Shown here one piece after another: positions 16,930 to 26,801 of a DNA stretch of 64,000 bases. This DNA is from Clostridia bacterium (GTDB lineage Bacteria; Bacillota; Clostridia; Oscillospirales; CAG-272). Where the stretch lies: positions 2,254 through 66,253 of the forward strand of contig JAGBFG010000012.1 in the NCBI GenBank assembly GCA_017936565.1. The letters are read 5' to 3'. The first letter of the stretch is position 1; each line of letters begins with the position of its first letter. The notes under the pieces were generated by a model. The model saw nothing but the letters and a program-made list of their open reading frames with translations, did not search any database and was not told the origin of the DNA. Position numbers and translations under genes: made by a program.

Positions 16930-18639
16930 TTATTCTTTGACGGAGTCCGTTTTGGTCATCAAAAGACCAATCTCGTCCTTCTCTGCCGTGCGGGCGTCCA
17001 AAATTCCCGTGACCTTGCCGCCCGAAACGACCATAATGCGGTCACAAAGCGAAAGCAGCACGTCCAAATCCTCACCAACGAAAATAACGGCAACGCCATT
17101 CTTCTTTTGCTCGGTCAAGAGGTTATAGATTAGGTAAGAGGAATTGATGTCAAGACCGCGCACGGGGTATGCCGCCATCAAAACCTTGGGTCCTGCGGCG
17201 ATTTCTCTGCCGACCAAGACCTTTTGCACGTTACCGCCCGAAAGCTTACGCACGGCGGTATGCGTGCCGGGCGTGACAACCTTCAAGCTCTCAATAATAT
17301 CGTTTGCCAGCTCCTCGGGCTTCTTTCTGTCTACGAACAGGGAATGACCGCGGCGGTAGCTGCGGAGCATCATATTGTCAATGATGTCCATATTACCGAC
17401 AAGTCCCATACCGAGTCTGTCCTCGGGGACGAAGGAGAAGCGAACACCCAGCTCCTTGATTTGCAGGGGCGTTTTCTCGCGCAGGTTAATAACCTCATCC
17501 TCCTTGAAGAAGATTTCGCCTGCTTCAACCACCGCCTTGATGGTCTTTCTGTGAAGGGGCTTACCGTCCTCGTCCTTGCCGTCAAAATCTCTGCCGTCGG
17601 CATAACGCAGCATTCCCTCTTCTGCAAGCTCCATTACGCGCTCAAAGCTTTTATGGAAGAAGGTAATGGGCTTATCCTTTTTGGGATTGTAGTAGGTGAC
17701 GCTTCCGCTATCCAGATGATGAAGACCCGCAATAGATTCCAAAAGCTCGCGCTGACCGCTGCCCGCGATGCCCGCGATACCGAGAATTTCTCCGCTATAC
17801 GCCTCAAAGCTGACGTTATCAAGCACAAGGTTGCCCTCGGGACCCGTCATCGTTAAGCCGTCAACATCCAAGCGAAGCGCGGGGTTTTCGGGAAGAGGTC
17901 TATCAATATTGAGGGACACCTTCTGCCCCACCATCATATCCGCCAATTCCTTCTCGCTGGTTTCGGCGGTGTTGACCGTGGCGATATGCGCGCCTTTGCG
18001 AAGCACCGCTACGCGGTCAGAGATTTCCATAACCTCGTTGAGCTTATGGGTGATGATAAGCACCGACTTTCCGTCCGCCCGCATAGCGCGCAAGACGCCA
18101 AAGAGGCGGCGGATTTCCTGAGGTGTGAGGACGGCGGTAGGCTCGTCCAAAATCAAAATATCCGCACCCCGATACAGCACCTTGATGATTTCCACCGTTT
18201 GCTTCTCGGAAACCGACATTTCGTGAATTTTCTTATCTAAATCTATATGGAAGCCGTATTTCTCGCTCATTTCGGAAATACGGGTTTTTGCCGCTTTTAT
18301 ATCGTATTTTTCGTCTTCCCCCGTACCGAGTACAATGTTTTCGGCGGCAGTAAAGACGTCTATCAGCTTAAAGTGCTGATGGATCATACCGATTTTATAG
18401 GAAAACGCGTCCTTGGGGGAGCGAATGGTCGCCTCTTCCCCGTTGATGATAATTTTTCCCTCATCAGGGTAATAAATGCCCGCAAGCATATTCATCAAGG
18501 TGGTTTTTCCGCAGCCGTTCTCACCGAGAACAGAGAGAATTTCCCCTTGCTTTACATCCATAGAAACATCACAGTTAGCCACTACCTTACCAAAGCGCTT
18601 GGTAATGTGGCACAATTCAACAACCGTCTTTTTATCCAC
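16930..18639 (-). CDS. ABC transporter ATP-binding protein with two fused NBDs
   Basis: Walker A GENGCGKTT and GIAGSGQRE, signature LSVSEKQ / LSGGNVQK, Walker B ILILDEP. Confidence 0.9.
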   Translation of the reverse strand: MDKKTVVELCHITKRFGKVVANCDVSMDVKQGEILSVLGENGCGKTTLMNMLAGIYYPDEGKIIINGEEATIRSPKDAFSYKIGMIHQHFKLIDVFTAAENIVLGTGEDEKYDIKAAKTRISEMSEKYGFHIDLDKKIHEMSVSEKQTVEIIKVLYRGADILILDEPTAVLTPQEIRRLFGVLRAMRADGKSVLIITHKLNEVMEISDRVAVLRKGAHIATVNTAETSEKELADMMVGQKVSLNIDRPLPENPALRLDVDGLTMTGPEGNLVLDNVSFEAYSGEILGIAGIAGSGQRELLESIAGLHHLDSGSVTYYNPKKDKPITFFHKSFERVMELAEEGMLRYADGRDFDGKDEDGKPLHRKTIKAVVEAGEIFFKEDEVINLREKTPLQIKELGVRFSFVPEDRLGMGLVGNMDIIDNMMLRSYRRGHSLFVDRKKPEELANDIIESLKVVTPGTHTAVRKLSGGNVQKVLVGREIAAGPKVLMAAYPVRGLDINSSYLIYNLLTEQKKNGVAVIFVGEDLDVLLSLCDRIMVVSGGKVTGILDARTAEKDEIGLLMTKTDSVKE

Positions 18640-18720
18640 GGTTTATCCTCCTACAAATAAGGCATAAGGGTTGCCGCTTGAAAAGCGGCAACCCCAAGCT
18701 TTACATAAATAAATGAAAAA

Positions 18721-19914
18721 TTATTGAACCTCGGTAATACCGTCGATACGGATATCGAAGTAAGGAGCGGAACGGAAGGTGCTTTCGTCAAAGAAGGTCA
18801 CGCCGTTCTCGGTCTTGATAACGTTGGTGTCAGCTGTGAAGCCTGCATCGGTGTCAACGTCAGCCATATACTCGGTCAAGTGGTCGCCTTTAACGGTGAA
18901 CTTGGAGCAGTCAAATACCTTCAAGCTGCCGTCCTTCAACTTAGCGGCAATCTCGTCAAGCTTTTCCTGAGTGCCTTCAGCGGCAGCAGCGCCAAGAGCG
19001 GTGATCTTAACAGCGCCGTTTGCAAGAGTACCGGTCCAGTCGGTGTCGATGTCCTTGCCGTTGATGACGCAATCAAGCATATACTCGAAGTAGGGAACCC
19101 AGTCAATTCTGGACGCGATAACGAAGGTGTTTTTGCCGGTTGCTACGTTGTAAGCAACGTTGGGAATGTTTCTCTCTTCGCAAGCGGTGGGAGCACCCAT
19201 AGAGTCAGCGTGCTGAGAAATGAGCTTGCAGCCGTTGTCAATCAGAGCCAGAGCGGTGGTCTTTTCAGCTGCCTCGTCATACCAGGAGTTGGTGTAACGA
19301 ACTTCCATAGTAGCGTTTGCAACTACGGAGCGAACGCCAAGGAAGAAAGAGGTGTAGCCGGAGACAACCTCTGCATAGGGCCAAGCACCTACGTAGCCGA
19401 TTTTAGCTTCCTCATCAGCGATAGCACCGTCATTGTCGGTGTCGTAGAGCTCGAGAAGCTTCAAGCCTGCGGCAACGCCTGCAAGATATCTGCCCTGATA
19501 GATAGAAGCAAAGGAGTTCTGGAAGTTGCTAACGTTCTCGGTGTGAGCCATAGTACCGGTAGCGTGGCAGAACTGCACGTTGGGGAATTCCTTAGCGGCT
19601 TGGAGCATAAAGGGCTCGTGGCCAAAGGAATCGGCAAATACTACGTCATAGCCCTGGTCAGCAAAGTCAGCTGCCTTGTCGTAGCAAATGGTCTTCTCAT
19701 CGATGTCGGTGATGTAGGTGTACTCAACACCCTTTTTTTCGCAAGCGGTCTTGAATGCGTCGATGAAGTTCTTGTCGTAGGTAGAGCTGTCACCGTGCAA
19801 GCAAATCAAGGCTGCCTTAACAGTGTCGTTGCCACCGCCGCAAGAGCCGAGCGCGAGACATGCGCCGAGAATCATCACGAGCGCCAGAACCAGAGATGCG
19901 ATTTTCTTGAACAT
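18721..19914 (-). CDS. BMP-family (PnrA/Med-like) ABC substrate-binding lipoprotein
   Basis: Lipobox LALGSC after signal peptide; BMP family pattern; operon context. Confidence 0.85.
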   Translation of the reverse strand: MFKKIASLVLALVMILGACLALGSCGGGNDTVKAALICLHGDSSTYDKNFIDAFKTACEKKGVEYTYITDIDEKTICYDKAADFADQGYDVVFADSFGHEPFMLQAAKEFPNVQFCHATGTMAHTENVSNFQNSFASIYQGRYLAGVAAGLKLLELYDTDNDGAIADEEAKIGYVGAWPYAEVVSGYTSFFLGVRSVVANATMEVRYTNSWYDEAAEKTTALALIDNGCKLISQHADSMGAPTACEERNIPNVAYNVATGKNTFVIASRIDWVPYFEYMLDCVINGKDIDTDWTGTLANGAVKITALGAAAAEGTQEKLDEIAAKLKDGSLKVFDCSKFTVKGDHLTEYMADVDTDAGFTADTNVIKTENGVTFFDESTFRSAPYFDIRIDGITEVQ

Positions 19915-19969
19915 TTTTCTGTTCCTCCAAAAAAGTTTTTTTATTTTATGCGTTAAACGCTATAAAACC

Positions 19970-20542
19970 TTAACAAAAAACGATGCCGTCCTTTTTGCTC
20001 ATCGAGGCTATCTTCGCCAAGGACTCCACGCGAATGCCCTCGGCTCTTAACCCGTCGCCACCGCCCTGGTATGCCTTTTCAACGGCAACCCCTGCGCCAA
20101 CCACCGTTGCCCCTGACGCCTTGGCAATTTCAAGCAAGCCCTCCAAGGCGCTTCCCTTTGCCAAGAAATCGTCAATAAGCAAAAGCCTGTCATTTTTATG
20201 TAAATATTCCTTGGAAACAACCGCCTCTACCACAACACCGTGGGTATAGGATTTGACTGTTCCCTTATATACGTCAGAAGCAACATTGGCGCTCTTCGCC
20301 TTTTTAGCGAAAACCACGGGAACGTTAAAATACTGCGCTGTCAAAGCGGCAATCGCGATACCCGACGCCTCAATCGTTAAAATTTTGTTTACACCCGCAT
20401 CACGGTACAGCCGATAGAACTCCTTGCATATCTCGCTCAGGAAAGGCACGTCCAGCTGCTGATTCAAAAAGCTGCCGACCTTAAGAACGTCGCCGTCAAG
20501 CACTATACCGTCCTTTTGAATTCTATCCTCCAACAATTTCAT
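19970..20542 (-). CDS. xpt: Xanthine phosphoribosyltransferase
   Basis: MKLLEDRIQKDG...KILTIEASGIAIA...LLIDDFLAKGSA PRPP-binding motif; ATG 20542 follows GGAG. Confidence 0.95.
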   Translation of the reverse strand: MKLLEDRIQKDGIVLDGDVLKVGSFLNQQLDVPFLSEICKEFYRLYRDAGVNKILTIEASGIAIAALTAQYFNVPVVFAKKAKSANVASDVYKGTVKSYTHGVVVEAVVSKEYLHKNDRLLLIDDFLAKGSALEGLLEIAKASGATVVGAGVAVEKAYQGGGDGLRAEGIRVESLAKIASMSKKDGIVFC

Positions 20543-20564
20543 ACCGTTCTCCTTAAAAAACAAA

Positions 20565-20695
20565 AAACAGACACATACGCTTCACACCAATATAGACTCC
20601 TCGCATCATTTAAGCAAGGATTGATACCAATAGTCGCGCATACAAGGCGGCGCGGTAGAAACATTCGGGCCGTTCATCCGAATTTATATTGGGGC
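20565..20695 (-). promoter_or_regulatory. Purine riboswitch (guanine/xanthine class) with expression platform
   Basis: Minus strand reads ccaatataaa-ttcggatgaacggcccgaa-tgtttctacc-gcgccgccttgtatgcgc-gaCtattgg: P1/P2/P3 with conserved TTTCTACC and C at the ligand-pairing position; U-rich tract precedes the xpt RBS. Confidence 0.88.
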
Positions 20696-20848
20696 CTCGT
20701 CCTTATTACTGATATGAAACATTGTCTGTTCCACGGTATTATTATACATAATGCGACAAAAAAAATCAAGAGGAAAATGCAAAATATTTCAATATTTTTT
20801 TATTTTCGCCATATTCCACAAAAAAGGGGAAAATCCATTTCAAAATAC

Positions 20849-21655
20849 TCATTTCGCGATGGAAATAATCAGTCTGATTTCCTTTTCCTCTTCTTCCTTC
20901 CTGCTTTTCACCGAAATGCCACATCCTCTGACAATATCCATTGCCCGCTCCACAGAATTATAAAACAGGCGCAAGTCACGCATAGCACCGCGAAAGCGCT
21001 TCTTTTTTCTTGTCGGCTCTCCGTTTTTTGCTCTGTCTTCAAGGATGTCCTCTACCATTTTTTCGGCGGCAGCAACGTTGCATTTTCCCTCTATCATTTT
21101 ATCGAGCGTCTTTTCCCACAGCTCCTCGGGAAGACGAAGCAGGGCTCTTGCGTGGCGCTCGGTCAGTCCTTCGGCTAAAATTTTTTCTCTTATACCGTCG
21201 TGCAGGCGCAAAAGCCGCAGCTTGTTCGCCACCTGAGACTGACTGACCGAGAGCCGCTGTGCGATTTCTTCCTGTGTCAGCCCGTAGCCCTTGGCAAGCT
21301 GCTCCATTGCTCCTGCCACCTCAAACATATTCAAGTCCTCACGCAACAAATTTTCCACCACCGCAAGCTCAGCACTCGCCTTTTCGCTGACCGTATACAC
21401 GATACACGGCACAAGCTCGCATCCAGCCATAACTGCCGCGCGCAAGCGCCGCTCTCCCGCTATCAGCTCATAGGTATTTGCCACCTTCCTCACGGAAAGG
21501 GGCTGCAAAATGCCATAGCGCTTGATGCTGTCCGCCAAGGCGAAAAGCGCCCCCTCGTCAAAGGCTTGTCTTGGCTGGGCGGGATTGGCGGTGATGAGGG
21601 CGACGGGGATTTGCGTCACCTCTTCCTTCCCTTTTGCTTTTTTCATCCATCTCAT
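20849..21655 (-). CDS. ParB/Spo0J/Noc-family DNA-binding protein (no adjacent parA)
   Basis: GILQPLSVRK...YELIAGERRLRAA ParB box; HTH LTQEEIAQRLSVSQSQVANKLRLL. Confidence 0.85.
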   Translation of the reverse strand: MRWMKKAKGKEEVTQIPVALITANPAQPRQAFDEGALFALADSIKRYGILQPLSVRKVANTYELIAGERRLRAAVMAGCELVPCIVYTVSEKASAELAVVENLLREDLNMFEVAGAMEQLAKGYGLTQEEIAQRLSVSQSQVANKLRLLRLHDGIREKILAEGLTERHARALLRLPEELWEKTLDKMIEGKCNVAAAEKMVEDILEDRAKNGEPTRKKKRFRGAMRDLRLFYNSVERAMDIVRGCGISVKSRKEEEEKEIRLIISIAK

Positions 21656-21975
21656 ACTTTTTTTCCTTTCTTTTTTAGGAGCAAACGACAAAAATCGACA
21701 CCCCTTTTCCTTGGAAATAATCCTTGTTCTTAGCATAGCACGGTTAAAAAAAGAAAAAAGTCTAATTTCGGGGAGAAACGCAGGGTTTTACCATACAAAA
21801 AGCTCCTTCTTTTGCCTTTCTTTTCTGTTTTTCGTCTTATTCAAAGCCAAAAGGACACCATTTTTTGCTTTTCACAAAAAATGGTGTCCTTTCTCATAAA
21901 GAATTGACAAAATCCTTTTTTTCCTTTATAATAAAGGGTAATCAAGCGAAAGCACAGCGGGAAGGGGGAAAAGGA

Positions 21976-22485
21976 ATGGCGGGCGCTTATATTATGACCG
22001 AGGACAAAAACCTTTACCGTTGGCTGACCCTTTTGCTCGAAGAGGCGCAAATGCCACTTACCGACTCCCACAGCGCCACACTTTTTTTGGTGGATTTAGA
22101 CACTTGTCCGCAAAAGGAGCTTCCCTCTGCCGCTTTGGGCTTTTCCCGCAAAAAGACCGAGGCGCCCTTCCCTGTGCTTCTTCGTCCTTTTGACGAGGAA
22201 GCGGTTTTGCGTTTTTTGCGCAGCCACAGGGAAGAAACGCCCTTTCCCGCCTTTACCCCCACGGAAGAGCTGCTGTTTACGCTCTTGAAGGAAGCCAAGG
22301 GAGAGCCTGTTTCGGCAAGGGAGCTGCTCTTGAAGGCGTTTGGGGAAGAAGAGGCGGAAAACATCGGTCTTCTTCACGTATATATTCATTATTTGCGTAA
22401 AAAAACAGAAAGCGACGGGAAAAAGCGTATTTTTGCCCATCGCGGAAAGGGGTATAGCTATAAGGATGTTGACCATTTACCGTGA
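21976..22485 (+). CDS. Winged-helix (OmpR/PhoB-type) DNA-binding protein with short, degenerate receiver-like N-terminus
   Basis: C-terminal LHVYIHYLRKK...IFAHRGKGYSY trans_reg_C pattern; N-terminus has LFLVDLD but lacks the N-terminal acidic pair. Confidence 0.65.
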   Translation: MAGAYIMTEDKNLYRWLTLLLEEAQMPLTDSHSATLFLVDLDTCPQKELPSAALGFSRKKTEAPFPVLLRPFDEEAVLRFLRSHREETPFPAFTPTEELLFTLLKEAKGEPVSARELLLKAFGEEEAENIGLLHVYIHYLRKKTESDGKKRIFAHRGKGYSYKDVDHLP

Positions 22486-25400
22486 GGGCTTATCCTCTTC
22501 CTCTGCTTGCGCTGACCTCATTGCAGGGTGTGTTGCGAAAAAAGAAAGGTGCATTCTGCTTGTTCCCGAGCAGCAAACGGTTTTAGCCGAGGCAACGCTT
22601 GCCCGTCTTTTGCCAAGTGACGCCCCTTTGTTTTTTGAGGTTTCTAATTTCACCCGATTAGCCAACACCGCCTTTCGTATGAAGGGGGGGCTTTCCTACC
22701 GATACGCGACGCCCGCGGCATCGGCATTGATGATGTGGAAAACGCTGGATGCGCTGCTTCCGCTTTTGAGCGCATCCTCTGAAAAAAAATCCACTATTTT
22801 CAAGGTGAAGGAGCTTTTGCGCGCCAACAATGAGATGTACGCCTTGGGGATAAGTCCCGAGGATTTGTCCTTGGCTGCCAAAAGACTTTCCCAAGAGGAG
22901 CAGCTTGGCAGACGCATACAGGATCTTTCTACCGTTTTGTCTGTTTTTCGCGGCGCGTTAAGAGAAAAATACGGCACCGCGGCAGAGGATTTGGATTCTC
23001 TTTATCACCTCTTAGCAGAGCATCCTCTTTTTGAAGACACCCATTTTTTCATACAGGGCTTTACAAGCTTTACCATGCAACAGTACCGCATTATAGAAGA
23101 GCTTTTGCGCGCCTCTGCCCTTTCTGTCTTTTTGCCTTATCCCGTTTTAGAGAACAAGCAGCTCTGCTTTTTAGAGGAAGAGGACACCTATCGCACTCTT
23201 GTGCAAACGGCGCGCAAAATCGGCGTTTCGTATCAGACGGAAACGCTCCCTGCCACCGCGCACAAGGTTTTTGCCTTTGCCGAGGAAAATCTCTTTCGCG
23301 CTGACAGAGCCGCCCCCTCTTTTAAGGAGAAAAACGGCGACTTTTTCCGCTTTTATTCCGCAAGCACGCCTTTTGAAGCGGCAGACGACATTGCCGTTAA
23401 AATCAAGCGGCTTGTGCAAGAGGAAAACGCCCGCTACCGCGATTTCACCGTAATAGCCCGTAAGGGTGAGGATTATCGCGGTATTTTAGACACCGCCTTT
23501 GAAAAATACGGCATTCCGTTTTTTATGTCAGAGAGAACGGACCTTTCTGCCTTTGAAATCATCAAAATGATTTCCTCTGCCTACGCCATTTTGTGCTATG
23601 GCTATCAGAGAAGCGACGTGATTACCTATATGAAGTGTCGCTTTGCGGGCATTAACGACGAGGACGCCGATATTTTTGAATTATACACGGAGAAGCTTGG
23701 CATTCACGGCGCTTTGCTGGCAAAGGAAGAGGACCTGACGCTCAATCCCGACGGCTACACCGCTTCCCTTTCGGAAAGAGGGGCGTTTGTTTTGGAAAGA
23801 GTCAACGACGTGAAAAAGCGTCTGTTTGCTCCGCTTCACCGCTTGGAAGAGGCAATCAAGGGCGGGGCATCCGCCAAGACGCACGCCGAGGCGCTCTTCC
23901 GCCTGTTAGAGGATATTCACGCCGAGGAGCAACTGCAAGGGCGCGCGGAAAGAGCGCTTTTGGAAGGACGGCGAGCGGAAGGGCAGATTTTATCCCGCCT
24001 GTTCCAGACCATTTGCGACACGCTGGACACGGTGGTTGAAAATTTAGAGGAAGAAACGCTGTCCACCGAGCAATTTTCGGAGATTTTGTCCTTGCTGTTC
24101 GCCACGGTGGATTTAGGGCAAATTCCCGTTTCAGAGGACGCGGTTTTAATCGGCTCCGCGGATATGCTGCGGGCAGAGACAACCCCCTTTGTTTTCCTTA
24201 TGGGCGCAAACGAGGGAGAGTTTCCCTCTGAAATTCACGACAGCGGATTTTTCCACGAAGCCGAGAGAGATCGCTTAAAGGATGCGGGGCTTACCCTTGC
24301 GAATGATTTGAGCATCCGCGCCTCTCGCGAGCAATTCTGCTTTTTACGCGCCATAGCGCTGGGGCAGGAAGCCGTCTTTTTACACACCTTCCGTTTTAGC
24401 GCCGCAGGTGCCCCTCTTCGCCCCTCTGCCGCATACACGCGGCTTTTGGGACTTTACGAGGACTCAAAGGAAGAAAACGCTTCTTCTCTTCCCCTTGAAG
24501 AGCGCATCTACAACGCAAGGTCCGCGGATGAATACCGTTTGTCAGCAGGGGCACGTCCTTGGCAGAGGCGATTGATTTGGCAACGGGGGAAGACTCCTTG
24601 CCCGAGGTTCCCGTGGCAGACCTTTACTGCCACGTATCAGAGGAGCTGGCGCAAGCGCTGTTCCCCGACAGAATGCATCTGACCCAATCCCGTATCGATA
24701 AATACGTTGACTGTCCTTTTGCATATTACGGCTCTTACATTCTTCGCTTGGATGACAACAACCGCGTGAAGATGGACAGCCTCAGCATTGGAAATTTAAT
24801 TCACGCCTTGCTCGAAGCCTTTTTAGACCTATCTAAAAAAGAGGGCAAGGAAATCGGGAGTATGGATAATGAGAGCCTACGCCGCTTGATGAAGAAAGCA
24901 GCCAAGGCGTATGAGGATGCCGTTTTCCCGCAGGAAAAAAACGATTTCTCTCCCCATTTGAAGCATCTGCTGATACGACTGCAAAGAAGCGCGTTTTTAA
25001 TGGCAGAGGAGCTGAATGACGAGTTCGCCGAGAGCGATTTCAAGCCGATTTTCTGGGAGCTTTCTATGGGAGAAGAGGGCGCGCCCGACCCATTGGTATT
25101 TCCCATTACCGCAGACAAGAAAATATCCATTCACGGAAAAATAGACCGTGTTGACGCCTACAAGGACGAAGAGGGCACCGTGTATTTGCGTGTTGTCGAC
25201 TACAAAACAGGCGCCAAGACGTTTTCCTTGGAAAAGCTGAAAAGCGGAAGAAACGTCCAACTTCCCCTATACCTTTTCTCTTTGTGGAAATCCAGAAATC
25301 CCGCCTTTTTGAAGGAGCTTGGCATATCCCCCGAGGACAAGGTGCTACCCGCGGGCGCGTTCTATATGCTCACCTCCCCCAAGGGCTTGCGCTTGGGCGC

Positions 25401-25740
25401 TCCCTTGGACGAAGCAGAGGTGCGCCAAAGGGCGCAAGCGGAGCTGACGCGAAACGGATTTGTGCTTGACGATGAAAAGGTCCTATACGCAATGGAGCAT
25501 AGCGCCTCTCGCTATACCAAGCAAGGAAAGGACGGGGTTCGCAAGCCGACAGGCCCTGCCCTGTCGGCAACTGAAATGGGAGAGCTGGCGGGCACCTTGG
25601 CAGATATTGTGACAGGCATTGGCTCCCGTATGCAATCGGGAGAAGCCTGCGCTACCCCAGCGAGTCCCAAGGAAGCGGGGCGAGACCCTTGCGATTTTTG
25701 TTCCATGAAGCCCTTTTGCCGTAAGACAAAGGTCAACTGA
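22466..25740 (+). pseudogene. addB: AddB/RexB-like helicase-nuclease subunit, split by a 1-nt frameshift between 24532 and 24560
   Basis: ORFs 22340..24682 and 24559..25740 are collinear halves; C-terminal PD-(D/E)XK region (VVDYKTG) and Fe-S cysteines C...CDFCSMKPFC; G4 run at 24548-24551 is the likely indel site. Confidence 0.8.
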
Positions 25741-25826
25741 ATGAGGGACGAAAAGCATCTGTTCTTTGATTAAAAACAGAAAAGGTTGGGTATACTCCTT
25801 TTATCAAAACAAAGGAGATGTTCGAT

Positions 25827-26282
25827 ATGACACTAACGCAAAAAGAAACCTCGCTTCTGAAAGACATGCAGTCCCAAGAAAAGCTCTGTATAGAGAAGTA
25901 TCAGAAATACGGTGAAGAGGCAAAATCGAGCGAGCTTTCCGCCCTGTTTTCCGAGCTGACAGCGCACGAACAGACGCACCTACAAACCATCACCGCTATG
26001 TTGGATGGAAACACGCCAACGGTAAGCAACACGCCCTTAGAGGCAAACGACACGCACTGTGTGGCTTGTCATTATGAGAGCGAGGCTGACCGAAAGGCAG
26101 ACGCCTTTCTCTGTCAGGATGCCTTGGCTATGGAAAAGCACGTTTCTTCCCTTTATGACGTGGGCGTGTTTGAATTTTCAAACCCCGCGCACAGAAAAAT
26201 GCTCAACCACATCCAGTCCGAGGAGCAGCAGCACGGTCAGCAGCTGTATGCCTATATGAGCCAAAATCAGATGTACGGATAA
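25827..26282 (+). CDS. Spore coat protein F-like (Coat_F / ferritin-like) protein
   Basis: LTQKETSLLKDMQSQEKLCIEKYQKY...ELTAHEQTHLQ...EEQQHGQQLYAYM pattern; ATG 25827 lies 9 nt after GGAG. Confidence 0.7.
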   Translation: MTLTQKETSLLKDMQSQEKLCIEKYQKYGEEAKSSELSALFSELTAHEQTHLQTITAMLDGNTPTVSNTPLEANDTHCVACHYESEADRKADAFLCQDALAMEKHVSSLYDVGVFEFSNPAHRKMLNHIQSEEQQHGQQLYAYMSQNQMYG

Positions 26283-26313
26283 CAAGGGGCTGTCTCGCTT
26301 TTTGCAAGACACC

Positions 26314-26342
26314 AAAAAGGAGCCGATTTCGGCTCCTTTTTT
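26314..26342 (+). terminator. Rho-independent terminator
   Basis: aaaaaggagccg-attt-cggctcctttttt. Confidence 0.8.
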
Positions 26343-26542
26343 GCCCCTGTTCGTTTCGCTTTTTACGAAAAGCGTAACGAACGCACATTTTTTCAAAGAA
26401 AAATTCCTCATTTTGCGTCTTTTTTGATGTAAAATGACGCGGGCTGTCTCTTTCACGAGACAGCCCGTCTTACGTTCAACGGTAGTAACCTTGCGTATAA
26501 TCTAAAAATTAAAAAAAGAATGAAAAAAAATGAGAAACCCTC

Positions 26543-26571
26543 TTGACAAAATCAAACTGTTGCGGTATAAT
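26543..26571 (+). promoter_or_regulatory. sigma-A-type promoter of tRNA-Leu
   Basis: TTGACA 26543-26548, 17-nt spacer, TATAAT 26566-26571. Confidence 0.75.
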
Positions 26572-26581
26572 ACCATTGTTC

Positions 26582-26665
26582 GCGAGAGTGGCGGAACTGG
26601 CAGACGCGCACGTTTGAGGGGCGTGTGGTTTATCCATACGGGTTCAAGTCCCGTTTCTCGCACCA
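26582..26665 (+). tRNA. tRNA-Leu (anticodon GAG), CCA encoded
   Basis: Hand-folded cloverleaf: acceptor GCGAGAG/CTCTCGC, anticodon loop TTGAGGG, long variable arm, T-loop GGTTCAAGTCC. Confidence 0.9.
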
Positions 26666-26671
26666 AACAAG

Positions 26672-26716
26672 AATAAAACGAACCTTGATAAAAAGTCAAA
26701 GTTCGTTTTATTTTTT
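26672..26716 (+). terminator. tRNA-Leu terminator
   Basis: aaaacgaac...gttcgtttt followed by attttttac. Confidence 0.7.
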
Positions 26717-26801
26717 ACAAGAGATTATTTCGGCTTAATTGTTAAGTTGAAATAGTCAAATATTCAATGATAAAAGGCGAGAATTTTTCTCGCCTTTTTG
26801 C

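Noticed and set aside
18724-19956. 410-aa + strand ORF
   Set aside because: It is the antisense shadow of the BMP lipoprotein gene. Its Val/Gly-rich mirror composition is typical of shadows.
26343-26470. Possible small RNA between the CotF-like gene and tRNA-Leu (hairpins 26349-26382 and 26441-26466)
   Set aside because: There are only generic hairpins, with no promoter-terminator pair that clearly defines a transcript. This cannot be supported without expression data.
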